Below are positions 28,409 through 42,708 of a DNA stretch of 64,000 nucleotides, piece by piece. A model generated the notes under the pieces. It worked only from the letters and a program-made list of their open reading frames with translations, did no database searches and was not told the DNA's origin. The DNA is from Octopus sinensis. Its lineage: Eukaryota. Position 1 is the first letter of the stretch. Each line of letters begins with the position of its first letter. Location of the stretch: positions 3,534,001 to 3,598,000 of the forward strand of contig NC_043025.1 of NCBI RefSeq assembly GCF_006345805.1. The letters run 5' to 3'. A program made the translations under genes and the position numbers.

Positions 28409-28487
<79 letters not shown>

Positions 28488-28653
28488 TCGCCATGATAGA
28501 TCGGTATCGCATTTTTCTCTCTTCTTGTTTCTCTCCTCGTTTTTATTTCTGTCCCTTTCTGTAGAAGAGAAGAGACCTGAAACGTAAAAGACTGTTTCAT
28601 CTGTTTGTTTTGTACACCACCTGTCTTCGTCTTTTGCTTTTTCCGTAAACTCT

Positions 28654-28705
<52 letters not shown>

Positions 28706-28815
28706 TAATATATGTATATGTTTATGTCCATTTCTATGCAAACTTATACGTGTATAGAAGTACACACGCATACAAATCACACTGACACCCCCATATATGT
28801 ATATAGTTATATATA

Positions 28816-28859
<44 letters not shown>

Positions 28860-28917
28860 CGGTCACACACATTCATTAAAGCATACACGCATATATACGT
28901 CTGGATGTATATGTTTG

Positions 28918-28949
<32 letters not shown>

Positions 28950-29229
28950 CGTATGTGTATCTGTGTGTATATGTATTTATATATGTATATATAAAGTCAG
29001 ATCCTATTGTGTTATATGTTCTCGGTTGTAATTTTTACATTGTTGTTTTCCATTATTCCTTCTAGACTTTTCTCTTTTCTTCTAGAGGTTTCTCTCTTCT
29101 TCAATCTCACCCTCCGTCTCTTACTTTTGATCGCTCTGGGCCTCCAAACCTCATCTACCATCGCCTTCTCCCCTTTAGCTTCACTAACACCCATCTCTTT
29201 CATCCGTCTTTTTATTGATGATACCATGC

Positions 29230-29420
29230 ATTAGTATATTGCTTACATATTTTGTCATAAGGCAAATAATGTCGGCGGAAGGGTAAGTCGATTGCATCGA
29301 CCCCAGTGCTCAACTGGTGGAACCTATGTTATCGATCCTGAAATAATGAAAAGCAAAATCGACCTCGGCGGAATTTGAACTCAGAAAAAATTAAGACAGA
29401 CGAGATGTCGCAAAGCTGCC
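29230..29420 (-). mobile_element. tRNA-derived SINE relic (related fragments ~29930-30040 and ~41890-41930)
   Basis: Minus strand contains ttctgagttcaaattccgccgaggtcgat (B-box-like), recalled as a very common octopus SINE. Confidence 0.65.
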
Positions 29421-29542
29421 TTATCATATTCTTAGTTATTGGTCTGTAACTATATCAATTGCATTTTCGAAGCCCTTCTGCAGCAAAACCATCCCCTCTT
29501 CCAATCAACTAAGTTTGGATGTATTGAGTTTTATACATATGC

Positions 29543-29744
<202 letters not shown>

Positions 29745-30899
29745 TATATATATATATATAATATATATATATATGTACACAGACACAGAGGCAGCATACA
29801 TAAACACATGTGACATAGCGTAGTAATTCATTGTAATGAAATCGAAGAGAGACCGTTATAAATTTGTTTCTGGTTTCGGCACAATGCCGGGAATTGCTTC
29901 TGTGTGAGGTGGACAGTTGGTTAATTCATCCTCAGAACCGAAGAGGTATGATTGGCAAAGGTGACCCTGGCAGGATATCAGCTCAGAACGTAAAGACCCC
30001 AGAGAAATCCTGCAAAGCATTTTGTTTGAAATGATAGCACCTTTGCCATTCCACCGCCTATTTTATTAGGAATATTCAAAGTTATAAAGGAACACCAACT
30101 CTAAATCCATTGATTGTGTTCACTCGGTCACTATTTGTAAATGGTAACTGAGAAAACTTTGTGTTAGTCGTATTTCATTGGAATGCTTATATAAACATTC
30201 CATCATTCTAAAATTATTATAATGTTCAATGTTCCCTATATATTCTATGAGCGGTGCCACTGCCGTGTTTGTCGTACATCAAAAGTGTTTAGGTTATCTT
30301 TATAATTCCCAATAATTTGAAAGTAGAATTAGAAATGAAGTACACCATCGTAATATTTATCAAGACTTGTTTCCTTTTAAACTCTTCTATATCTTATATT
30401 AAAACTAAGAACTTGGAAGAAAAATCTTAAAATCCGAAAAACAAAAAAATACTTTTAATTTTGAATTAAATAAAATAAATGTTTATCCCTAAACAAAGTG
30501 AAACATAAATGCTATAAATAGAATTTAAAAAAGTTAAGGAACGCTATTGATTTTGTAAAATTGATGTTTGCAGTTTTGTCAAATATCAAATATCTTTTTT
30601 GTTCTGCTCTAAAAATATTCAGTCGAAGAAATCTAGCAATTGGATGTCTCACTGAAGGATGGATCGGGGTACTGAGTATGGCAATGTATATATGTATGAC
30701 ATTATTTGGTTTTATTTTTGCCTGTAGAAAAAGCGCCGGTTTCTAACCTAGGTCCAAGGCTCCTTCATTGGAATTACAACATTAACAGCAGGGTATTTTT
30801 GTTTGTTTGTATGTATTTATATGTGCATATTTGTATGATTTGTACTATGTATGTATACTCGTGCATATAGTTGCATATCTAGGCATGCTGATATATATT

Positions 30900-31905
30900 T
30901 AAATGCTAAACTTCTGGAAAGTTTTACGGATTTCTACAGTTCTAGTGATGGTTTGGATCTGTTCTTTTCGAATTAGCTTTCTCCTTTCTGGTTTTGAGAA
31001 GCCGAATTTCTCAAGATCGGTATTTAGGCAGGGTTGTTACATATCCCAAGGACCCAATAATTACAGGTGTAAATCTGAACCTGTAATTTGGTTAGTGTAA
31101 CTTCAGATTTCTCAATAGTTCAGCTAGGTGTTCTCTTTTTCATTGATCTTCATCTTTAAGTTAACACCCGCTGGGCAGCAAATTTCACATTTGTACACAG
31201 TTTCTCTTCTCTATCCCAAATCGTTATATCAGGTCTACTGTACTTATATTCCACCAGTACTCCTTTTTATTATTAGTAGCCATGGCTTCTACTGTGGGTT
31301 CTTATTTCTTTGTCCTCGCTGTTACCTTTCCAATGAATTTCATCACAGTGTGTCCTAGCTACCACATCGTGCCTCATCGGTAGATTATACTGTGATAACA
31401 TTTTCAGACAACTGCTAATGAATGGTTGATGTGTTCGGTGTTAACCCCACAAAATCTGCACCAGAAGAACATTTTACTACTTTTCCTGCATCTCTATCGC
31501 ATTTGTCCTGTAGGTATTTGGTTGATATTGTCTGTTTCCGGATTGCGAACGGATACATTCAAAGTGGGAGGTAGTAATCCGGCTATTGGTCCATCGTTGA
31601 TCGCTTTGATGATCAGTGTTACTATCATAATAGAGCCTTCTACAAATATATCCATGAATAATCTTCTGCTGATATATGCTCATCGTTTCCCCTAATGATA
31701 CGTAGCAATAGAGTCGCACAACTTCTATGGGTATGCATTTCAGGTTATCTGACAGGGAATGCTGCTCAAGGAGTTACCTTCCAAGTCTTATGATATCATC
31801 AGCCTCATCTATGCAAACTTGGTCAAGGTTAAGAGGTGTTGCTGAAGGGATAGGACACGACATTCAAAGGCAATCTGGATTGATGTTAAGCCTCTGGCAG
31901 ACATG
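30900..31905 (-). mobile_element. R4/Dong-like LINE 3' fragment (inverted paralogue 46895-47910 +)
   Basis: TSHFEGY.FAI..Q...TKYL, RHDVVA, PADVN, FIPVIIGSLGYV motifs in broken frames. Confidence 0.75.
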
Positions 31906-31909
31906 TATG

Positions 31910-34900
31910 TATGGTGCTTGGTGAGGAGGGTGTTTATTGGACACCCTTCGGGATGTAACACAAAACCCATCAAAGGGCGGAGGAACTCTTGAGAGTCAAC
32001 GGCCATCCAATAAATGTCTTAAGGCTGTATCATGCGCGGGGACATAGAAATAATCGGACTGAATACTCGATCGCGCGGTTAAACCATTGGAAGTGAAGGA
32101 CTCCTGGCCTTTGTTAGGGTATCCTTCTAAGAGAAAGTAACTCAGTTAACTGGGATAACTCCGACATAAAACCTGCGGTTCAGTGGTTACCGATGATGTT
32201 GACGTGTTCTTCTTTTCGGATTATGGCTGCTGCTGCTTAGTGAGTGGGATTGACTCAGTGCACATCCTTTCCTCAATTAAAAAAAAATCTTCTTGCACAG
32301 GTATTGCACGATAACAACATTGGATTGATTAAACTGATTAACTAATTCATGATTGTTGATAGTGCTGTGAGTCTCAACTGCATGGCTGGCTGTAACCTTA
32401 AAAAGCAAAAAGTCAATGATGTACCAAAGCAGCGTAAAAATAAATGGCAGTAATGACTCTGGAACGACATCAGCTGAAAGAGTCTGGCCCGGCAGGGGCT
32501 CCAGAGCATCACAGTCTGAACCCGGCTGTCATCATACTACTGTCATAGAACCAAAGAAAATAGTGAATATTGGCTGTTGGAATGTACGGACATTGCTTGA
32601 CCGCAAGTCCTCTGAATGTCCTGAAACAAGGACTGCGCATGTTGCGAAGGAGCTTCAACGCTATGATCTTGACATCGTTGCTTTATCTGAGACGAGATTA
32701 CCTGGAGATGGTCATCTTACAGAATCTTGTGGAAAATATACATTCTTTTGGCAAGGGGGGAATGAAGAGTTTACAGGAGAAGCTGGAGTAGCATTTGCTT
32801 TTAAGACTACTATTGTGGACAAGTTGGAAGAATTCCCAATCGGAATTAACGAGCGTCTTATGTCCATGAGAATTCTTTTGGCTAAAGGAAATTATATGAC
32901 CTTGGTGAGTGTGTATGCTCTAACTATGTGCTATACTGATGACGAAAAACTTTCTTTCTACCATGCATTGAAGGGCATTATAAGAAATATCCCTCGGGCA
33001 GACAAAGTCATCCTACTGGGTGACTTTAATGCTAGAGTGGGTAGGGATTTTAACACATGGACTGTAATTGGAAAGCATGAGGTGGGGAAGTGTAATAGTA
33101 ATGGCATGCTTTTGCTGCAGATGTGTGAGGAGCTGAGTCTGTGTTACCAATACCATGTTTCAACAAAAGAATAAGCTTAAGATTACATGGATGCACCCTG
33201 CATCTAAACAATGGCATATTCTGGATTACAGCCTAGTTAGGGTGCGTGACAGACAGGATGTGCAGTGTGTTTGTGTTCTTCGTGGAGCTGAGTGTTGGAG
33301 TGACCACCGCCTAGTACGCGCAAAAGTGAAATTAGTCACAAAATATAAAATTCGAGCTGCAGGGATGACCCTGCCTAAAAGACTGGATGTTGATCGTCTT
33401 AGGTATAATAGTGTGAAGAGAACTTTACGAGAGGAAATGAATGCTGTAGATATTGGGGAGGATTGGCCGACCCTTAAAAAGTCAGTTTATGATATAGGCA
33501 AGGAAGTTCTGGGATTGATACAAAGAAAGCATCAAGATTGGTTCAAAGAAAATGATGAACATATAGATGATTAATTGGCTGATAAAAGACGTACTTTGTC
33601 ACGCTATTTGTCAGCAAAGCCACAGGAAAGGGAAGTGTTGCATGGGGAACTCAAGGATGTAAAATCACGTGTGAGGCAAAGGCTCTCTCAGATGAGGGAT
33701 ACATGGTGGAGTAAGAAGGATGACGAGATACATGCGGCATCAGATTCCAATAACACAAAGCTGTTGTATGGTCTCTTGCGAGAAGTTTATGGACCGACGT
33801 CTTCCCTGATGGCACCACTTCGAAGCAGGGATGGTAAAGGACTTCTTCGTGATTCACACGGAATTCTGAGAAGGTGGCAAGAACACTTTGATGAACTTTT
33901 GAATCAGCAGTCTGTAGTTAGTGAGGATGTTATCAATCTCATCCCTAGATTGCCTGTGAAGGCAGCACTCGCGGAACCACCAAAGTTGGAAGAAGTTGCA
34001 ATAGCTGTCTCAAGGTTGAATAATGGGAAGTCTCCAGGTATGGATGGCATACATGCGGAGTTGTTACAGCATGGTGGTGAGAAACTTCTGCAGAAACCTC
34101 ACTCTTTGTTTGGTAAGATATGGACTAGTGAACCTCTACCTGAGGACTAGAGAGATACAGTAATGGTGGTCCTGTATAAGGGAAAGGGCAACAGGAATGA
34201 TTGTGGTAATTATAGGGGAGTATCATTGCTGTCTGCTGTAGGAACGGTTTTATGCAGGATACTTCTAGATCGTCTGCTGAAATACATTGCAGATTGTGTT
34301 CTTCCAGAAAGTCAATCTGGCTTTCGTGTGGGACGTGGCACTGCTGATATGATCTTTTCAGCTAGACAGCTTCAGGAAAGGTGTGTGGAACAGGGTCTGG
34401 ATTAGTATCAGGTTTTTGTCGATCTGACAAAAGCCTTTGATACCGTCAATGGAAAAGCATTGTGGAAAGTCCTACAGAAACTTGGGTGTCCTGAAAAGTT
34501 CCTTGCTTTGGTTTGGTTAGGTCTTTTCCTGTAGACATGAATGTTAGGGTGAATGTTAGAGGGAAAATATCGGAGCCCATTTCAATACAAAATGGAGTGA
34601 AACAGGGGGATATTCTGACACCGACCCTATTTTCTATATACTTCGCGATGGTGTCCTGTATTGCATTCAGAAACTGCAGATACGGTGTTTACGTCCATTT
34701 TCGAACCTCTGGCAGCATATTTAATATTAGGCGCCTTGCTGCAAAAACAAAGATATTTACCTCTATCGTAAGAGACATTTTGTATGCTGATGATATGGGC
34801 TAGTAGCACACACAGAGATTGATATGCAACACATTTTGAATTCATTCTCTGATGCTTGCACTGCCTTAGGATTGATAGTCGATTTCAAGAAAACTGTTGT

Positions 34901-36030
34901 CATGCATCAACCTGCCCCTGGTAAGCAGTATAGTGTACCAAATATCTATGTGAATGGTAAACGACTTGATGTAGTCGATCAGTTTGTCTACCTGGGAAGC
35001 ACTATTAATAGATATGGCAATGTGGATGATGAAAATTCCATATAGAATTAGGAAAGCAAGTGAAGCTTTCGGAAGGCTAGAAAAGCGCCTCTGGAGTCGG
35101 CGAGACATATGCAGAAAGACAAAGATAAAGGTGTACAAGGCATGTGTGCTTCCTTCTCTTCTCTATGCCTGAGAGACGTGGGTCGCATATCGATACCACC
35201 TGAAACAACTGGAACGTTTCCATCAGTTGTGCCTCAGACGGATGTATGGCATTAAGTGGAATGACCGCATCAGTGATCTTGAAATACTCGAAGGCTCTCG
35301 GTGTGAAGAAATAGAAGATCTTGTGTTAAAGCAAAGGCTCAGATGGAGTGGTCATCTGGTCAGAATGAAGGATTCAAGGATTCCAAAACAATTCTTTTAT
35401 GGAGAGTAAGCTAAAGGAGAACGACCTCCACATAAACCAAAAAAGAGGTATACGGACTTGCTGAAGGCTTCCTTAAGAGATACTTGCATCTCTCCTGACA
35501 CATGGGAAGGCATAGCTATTGATCGAAGCAGATGGAGAAGGATTGTGCATGAGGGGACAGCCACTTTTGAGAAATCTCGAGTTGCACATGAGAAAGTAAG
35601 GAGAGATGTCAGGAAGGGCATCGCTGTTACACTTCCAGAAGGGAAGGGTCTTCCTTCGATTCTGACATGCAATATTTATACAAGACCCTGCCTCAGTAAA
35701 GCTGGGTTCATGACTCATCTTCGTAGTCATAAAACGAGACAGATGAGTGACAACCTGGCCACTGGTGGTGGGGTAATACACCATACTAATCATATCTGTC
35801 GGGCATGTGGAAGAGAGTGTAATTCGGCAGGAGGGCTTAAACGACATGCAAAGGTACATGAAGCCCAGTTACAACTACAGCCGACTATTTCCAGAAAAGG
35901 TTTTAGCTGCCAATTTTGTACAAGACATTGTAGATCTTTGGCTGGGCTAAAAAGTCACATTCGATCACAGCATCAGTAACGGTTAAGCTTCATGCAATAG
36001 CCATACTCGATAACAAGGGGGCAGCCATAA
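31910..36030 (+). mobile_element. RTE-clade LINE, near full length, defective, with C-terminal triple C2H2 fingers
   Basis: IGCWNVRTL, DIVALSETRL, LGDFNARVG, SDHRLV, YRGVSLL, ESQSGFR, GVKQGD.L.P.LF, LYADD, YLGS; 3' end gggggcagccat followed by microsatellite. Confidence 0.93.
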
Positions 36031-37556
36031 AAGTAAGTACTGTATGTATGTATGTATGTACACATGCATGCATGTATATGCTTGTATGCAGCTAAGTATG
36101 TGTGTAGGTTTGTAATGTATGCATACATTTATATATGTATGTGTGTATGTATGTATATATATATGCTCGCATGCATGCATGTATGTTCATATATATGTAT
36201 GTGTGCCTCTACGTGTGTATGTACGTACGTTTGCATGCATGTATGTGCGTGTACTTATGTATGTAGTCATGTAAGTTTGTATGTGTGTATATGTAGAAAT
36301 GCATGTGTGTATGTATATACGTATGTATGCATACTTGCATGTAGGTGCCTATGTATGTATGTATGCTGGTATGTATGCATCTATGAGCGTATGTATGTGT
36401 GTATGTACACACACATGTATGTACATTTATATGTGTGTACGTATGGATGTATATATGAATGATTGTGTTTATGCATGCATGTTTAAATGTATGTAACTAT
36501 ATATCTGCGTACGCATGTCTGTTGTATGTATTTATGTATGTATGCAAGTGAGTATGTACATATGTGTTTATATGTGTGTGTCTTTATGAATGTATGTGCG
36601 TATATATGTATGTATGTATATATGTACGTGCGTATGTATGTATGTATCTTTGTATGCAAGCGTATATATATGTACGTATAAATGGTCATATATATGTATG
36701 TGTGTACATATCTGTCTATATATGTGTATATGTAAGCATGCAATTTTGTATATATATATATATGTATGTCTGTGTGTATGTATATATGTATGTATACGTG
36801 CATATATGTATGTGCCCTTATATGTATATATATGTATTTATATGCGTATATATACCTGTATTTGTGTATGTATGAGTGTATGTTTCTATATGCGTGTGTG
36901 TGTGTATGTATGGATGTGTGCTTGTATGTGTGTATATGTATGTGTGTATATATGTTTGTATGTGTAAGTGTATTTATGTGGGTATGTGTGTACGTACTTA
37001 CGTATGAATGTACGTACGAGGGTGCGTCGAAAAGTAATGCCATTTTGTTTAGGAAAGGTATAATTACCAACACAGGAACATGTATCATACATCAAGATAA
37101 ATCTTGGCCCCAGTGGATCACATCCCTACTCTTTAATATAGTTACCGTTTCTCTCAAAAGCAATGTTCCTCCTTCGAATGAGAGCATGTATTCCTGCCCT
37201 GTAAAATTCTGCTGAATGTTCTTTGAGCCACTTCTTCACCACATTTCTTACTTCCTCGTCACTGGTATAATGTTTGCCTCTCAAACCCTCTTTTGTTGCG
37301 CCGAAGAGATTATAGTCTGAGGTGCTAAATCTGGTGAGGTTGGAGGTATTGAAGAAATGGCTCAAAGAACAGTCAGCATAATTTTACAGGGCTGGGATAC
37401 ATGCAGTCATTCGAAGGTGGAACATTGCTTTTGAGAGAAACGGCAACTATGTTGTGGAGTAGGGATGTGATCCACTGAAAACCAGTTTCATTTTGATGTA
37501 TGATACATGTTCATGGACGGCCATCATGTATGTCTGTCTGTCTGCATGTATGTACG

Positions 37557-37602
<46 letters not shown>

Positions 37603-38672
37603 TGTGTGTATGTATGTATGTATGTATGTATGTATGTATGTATGTATGTATGTATGTATGTATGTATGTAGGTATTTATGTATGTAAATATATTTGTACG
37701 TATGTATTAATGTATTTATGCATGTATGCATTATTGAATGTATATATGAATGTATGTATTTTTGAATGTATTTATGGATGTAAGAATGTATGCATGTATG
37801 AATATCTGTACATGCACACATACATAGGTACATACGTACATATACATATACATAAAAACATAATTACACACATAGATATATATACACATTTATATACACA
37901 TACATGCATACATAAGTACATTCACATGTACATACATACACACATGTATGTATGTGTGTATGTATGTCTGTATGTATGTGAGTGTGTATGTATGTATGTA
38001 TATATGTTTTTATATATGTATGTATGTATGTATGAGTGTCTATGCATGTATCTGTGTATGTGTGTATTTGAAAAGTGGATTTGCCCGTTAAGGAACATTT
38101 GAAATGGAGTCCAGCAGATTGGACGAATGTGTTGTGGTCGGACGAATCAAAGTTCAACTTGTTCGGCAGAGATGTCAGGAAGTATTTAAGAAGGCGTATA
38201 GGCGAAGAATTCCAGCCTTCAATTAGGCACTCTGGCGGAAGTGTGATGATGTAAGGGTGAATGTCTGGAAAAGACGTCGGTTCTATAATATTAATGGATA
38301 GTAAGTCCTATCTAGAAATATTGAATAATACTATGCCTCCATACGCCCGAAAGCATTTGGACTTTCCAGCATGACAACCACCCGAATGTCACCTCGTACC
38401 AAGTCAGAAATTACATCATACCTAAGAGATTTCGGTTGATATAGTGACCAGCGTCGTCGCCCGAGCTGGAACCCATCCAAAATCCTTGAGAATGGTTGGG
38501 TAGAGCTGTGAAAAGTATTAAGACAAAGAATAAGGAGAATTTTTTTAAAACATTATTAGCCGAAAGTGGGAAAAAATCTTCGCAACAGTGATAAATGATC
38601 AGAACATTTCTATGTTTCGCAGATGCAAAGTTCCCAAAATACTGACTCTGTGATTTTATTGCTTTTTAGGGA

Positions 38673-38772
38673 NNNNNNNNNNNNNNNNNNNNNNNNNNNN
38701 NNNNNNNNNNNNNNNNNNNNNNNNNNNNNNNNNNNNNNNNNNNNNNNNNNNNNNNNNNNNNNNNNNNNNNNN
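38673..38772. other. Assembly gap (100 N)
   Basis: Run of exactly 100 N, so the true size is probably unknown. Confidence 0.99.
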
Positions 38773-39820
38773 TTAATTTAGTCACATGCGCTTACATGCG
38801 CTTACGTATGAACATACACATATCATTCAGCCAAAGTATTTGATGCAAACTTGTATTCTCACAAACGTTACCATTTCTAATACAAATTCATATAAAAGTC
38901 ATTGAAATTTGGGGATCAAAAACGAGTTATTGAGATGCGAATGGAAACAAAATAACTACAATAAAGGAACATTAAATTTTTCCTATTATTACACTTTCTC
39001 TCTCAAATTCACTCTCTTTCTTTCACAATGTCTCGCTCTCTTATATTCTCTTTCTATCTTCCTAAATCGGGTTCATTCTACAAATTTTAATTGATTTTGT
39101 TCAGTGCAATGTGAAATTTTTTACATTTGTGAGATTATATATCAGCATCAATTATTACTTTCGGAAAATAGTATCAAGAAACTGAACGAACTTACAATTC
39201 TTCCAAATTCGTAAGCCCCGGAAGAGTAAAAGAAAGAGTAAAATAGATCATATGGAAAATAATTGCGATACATTATCAAAGACAGTGGCTTGAGAATGAG
39301 AGGAAGAGAAAGAAGAAGAGGAAAAAGAAGAAGAAGAAGGATGAGAAGAAGAAGAAGAAGAAGAAGAAGAAGAAGAAGAAGAAGAAGCAGAAGAAGAAGA
39401 GGAGGAGGAGAAGAAGAAGAAGATGGTTATGATGATGAGGATGATGATGATGATGATGATGATGTGATGATGTCGATGATGATGATGATGATAAAGAAGA
39501 AGAAGAAAAAGAGAAGAAAGAAAAGAAGAAGAAGAAGAAAGAAGAAGAAGAAAGAAGAAGAAGAAGAAGAAGAAGAAGAAGAAGAAGAAGAAGAAGAGAT
39601 GGAAAAATAGAAGACATAAAATTAATTGTGTCACATTTCACAAGGAAGTGCACTTACATATGAACATACACAGATACTTCAGCTAAAAATATTTGATGCA
39701 AACATGGAAACTCATAAACGTTACCATTTCTAATACAAATTCATATAAAAGTCATTGAAATTTGGGGAACAAAAATGAGTTATTGAGATGCGAATTGGAA
39801 CATATCTATAGCAGTAAAGA
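38773..39820. repeat. Two ~200 bp direct repeats (38773-38970, 39620-39820), each followed further downstream by GAA-rich tracts
   Basis: Shared aaacgttaccatttctaatacaaattcatataaaagtcattgaaatttgggga...gagttattgagatgcgaat. Confidence 0.85.
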
Positions 39821-40099
39821 AAAAGTAAAAATGATTATAAGGAAAGTATTTGTGATGCAACATCCAACACCGTGGCGTCAGAATGAAAGGAAGAAAAAGA
39901 ATACAGATAACGACGAAGAAGAAGAAGAAGAAGAAGAAGAAAAAGCAGAAATGGAAAATTACAGATCACGAAGAAGAAGAAGGAGAAGAAGAAGAGGAAG
40001 AAGCAGAGAGAGAAGAAGAGGAAGAAGGTGATGATGATGATGAACATGAAGAAGAGCAACAAGAAGTAGAAGAAGAGGGATCAAATTTGACATTCTGAA

Positions 40100-40480
40100 T
40101 AAGGCTCTGAATAATAATGGATCACGTTTTCACTCTATCTACATCTCATTTCCTGGTCCGAGTAGTGGAAAGAACAAATTTGGAGGTTTTGATAAGTCTC
40201 AGATCGAAAAATGGATGAACGATGGCAACTTTGTAAATTCAAGGAATTACATTGAAGCAACAGGATGGAATTCCACTTTAATAATTGCAAATGCCTTTTT
40301 AGGCAACACGAATACATCGAACAGTGCTGAAATAATCGATAACATGCTGGAGAGCTTTTAGAAGTTGGGCACAAATATCAGTATTTAGCCGCACTATTTC
40401 CACAACTACAACAAACAAGGAGAACATTTCCATCGGGACATAAAAGGAATGAAGCAAAGGTAACAAGGCGGATATGATGG
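40100..40480 (+). mobile_element. DNA transposase relic (Chapaev3/CMC-like; family assignment from memory)
   Basis: EIIDNMLESF.KLG.NIS...KQGEHFHRDIKGMKQR.QG, similar to EQGERFHQDIK.ME.RYQG. Confidence 0.55.
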
Positions 40481-40934
40481 CGGAGGTTCAGCACTCAAGA
40501 AAATCATCCAAACGCAAATTCTTGAGATATTACACATAAACAATGATGACCTTTGTCCATGGAAAGTTTAAGAATTTTACTAGATTTTCAATAGAATTTT
40601 TTAAAAAATCCTTTTTGGTTTTGAAGAAAACCTTGATCCACATAAGCTTTTTTATTGGAAAAATAATGAAATTCTGGGAACCAATTATCTTAAAATCTTG
40701 ATGTGATGGCAATAAATAGGTGTCATTTTCGGATACTGTGTGTCAAAACAATTCTGGTTCAGCTTCAGATGTTTTTGTTTACATAACAAGATTTCCAAAG
40801 TATTTTCTTGAATAAAATTCAACTTTGCCTTACACCTAGAACAGAGGTTTCCATTTACAGATCTATGAATTCTGACAGCCATAAAAACGTCATATTTTCT
40901 TTTGATTAGGAAAAAAGCACTTTTCAATACTCTT

Positions 40935-41720
40935 CACAGGAGGGTCGATTCTAATGGGAAGAAGAAAGGATCAGAATGCTTAAAACGAAAGGGATTTCAC
41001 TAAAGGAACTCAAACTGCCAAATGGTGGTGTCGAACCGAAATGTGGTTTAAGCCTACCAATCTAATAGATCATTAGAGTAGAGACAGAGAAAGGGTACAG
41101 CATACCTGTGGAGCACAGCCAACGGTACCCTCAAGGTTACTTGAATGGTAGCCTTGGTTTACTTGTCGTTGAAAATGCTGGGCTTCATTAGCACCGAGTA
41201 TCTCTCTTGGCGAAAGCAGATCCTTAGCACAGCTAGGACAGAATCCAAAAGAATAACCCTTCCCATTGGAGCCAGAAGATATCTCAGTCCCCTACAGCTG
41301 TTGACACTTTACAATGTTCAAATAAAGCCCACTATGAGGAATTCTCCTCCTTTGGAACCGTGTTGCACATAGACATCCTGGATCGCATTTAGAAAAGGGC
41401 GACTTGGTTACATGGCAATCCATCCTTAACAGACACACTTTATTCTCTGTTTCACAGGCAGGTTGTCTTCTCTCAGTGTTTTTTTTCTTTTGCTGTTATA
41501 TTACAGACTCTTCTTCCAGGAGCTGACTGACCGCGTATCCACACCAATCAGGTACTGCCAATTCACTTGTCTATCCCCTTCGTATCATCCTTGATTCATT
41601 AAACCTCAGCCTGTTCCCAGTGTTAACCATTATGCTTAATCCTTAATCCCCCAAAACATCGTCCATCTTCCTGTAAGTGTTGACCTGTAACAATTTAAGC
41701 GGAATCTTAATGGTGTCTCT
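40935..41720 (+). mobile_element. Degenerate CR1/L2/Jockey-group LINE 3' fragment
   Basis: ARRYLSPLQLLTLYNVQIKPTM...ILDRI.KRA. Confidence 0.65.
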
Positions 41721-42708
41721 TTCACCAGTATTGGAGAACCTGCAAGAGTTATGGAACTTGTCTGCTCCTTTCTCCAACATCGGAAAAATAAAAAAAATAG
41801 CATCACAAGCCATCGGACACTGCGTCTGATTCGACGTCCTTATAGTTGCGCTATAAAGATTTATGGTTGTTTTTTTATCTCAAAAATGTATGACATAAGG
41901 TCGACCTCGGAGGAATTTGAAGTTAGATTGTCAAGTGTTACAACAAATACTCGATTTCTGCTAATTCGCTCTTAAATTATGAATGATGAAAATATATAAC
42001 TTATTAAATAGTATATCGACTTTACTATTCAACATCTTGAGGTATAAGAGATTTAGATAATACCGTTATTCAAATTTTGCTGTTTGTTTTACGTTAGGAT
42101 TTTCTCATTTGGTCAAAACATTCCCAATTTGTTGAGAAATAGATCTGATTGAATGAATCGATCCACTTACATATAATTATATTTGATTAAAACTGTGAGT
42201 TTATAGTGATTTATGCAATGATGCAAGCCATTTAAGTAGAAATAATCGCCTGGAACATAGATTACTTGTGATTGTCACGAGTATGTATTAAATCATTTAT
42301 TTTATTTTATGCCATCTTTTAAGACGTTAATGTTTGAAGAACATATAATTCTAAGATTGCTGTTTATCACAAATTTGGGAAATGATAAGAGTTGAACCCA
42401 CTGCCGTAAGTTAATAAAGCACGTAAATGTTTCATCAGTTTTCAGTCGAACTGGGACAGATCAATCAGTTGAAATTTTAATTAATCTTAAATCATTTTAT
42501 CTCTAATAAAATGATCGAAGACGTGCGGGACTATATCCAGTCTTTTTCCCATGTTATTAAAAAAAGTCATATTACTATAAAGTTTATTTTTATATTAAAC
42601 ATAAATCATAATGCTTAATATTACAAGATTCGCTTCCGTTTTAAATGTCAACTTCCGTTTGAATTCCATATGTAAACAAATTGCTTTTCTTCGCGTTCGT
42701 AAAAGATG

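Noticed and set aside
30720-30785. Hammerhead-like string (CAATGAAGGAGCC...GAAACCGG), also at 48030-48080
   Set aside because: Core and stem II too degenerate to support; at best a decayed relic.
40685-40927. 80 aa ORF containing HLKLNQNCF (LxLxxN-like)
   Set aside because: Single partial motif, no ~72 bp phase-2 exon boundaries; likely chance.
42165-42250. Candidate minus-strand exon (CCAG...GTAAGT)
   Set aside because: 79 nt, with a stop in the phase-2 frame and no LRR pattern.
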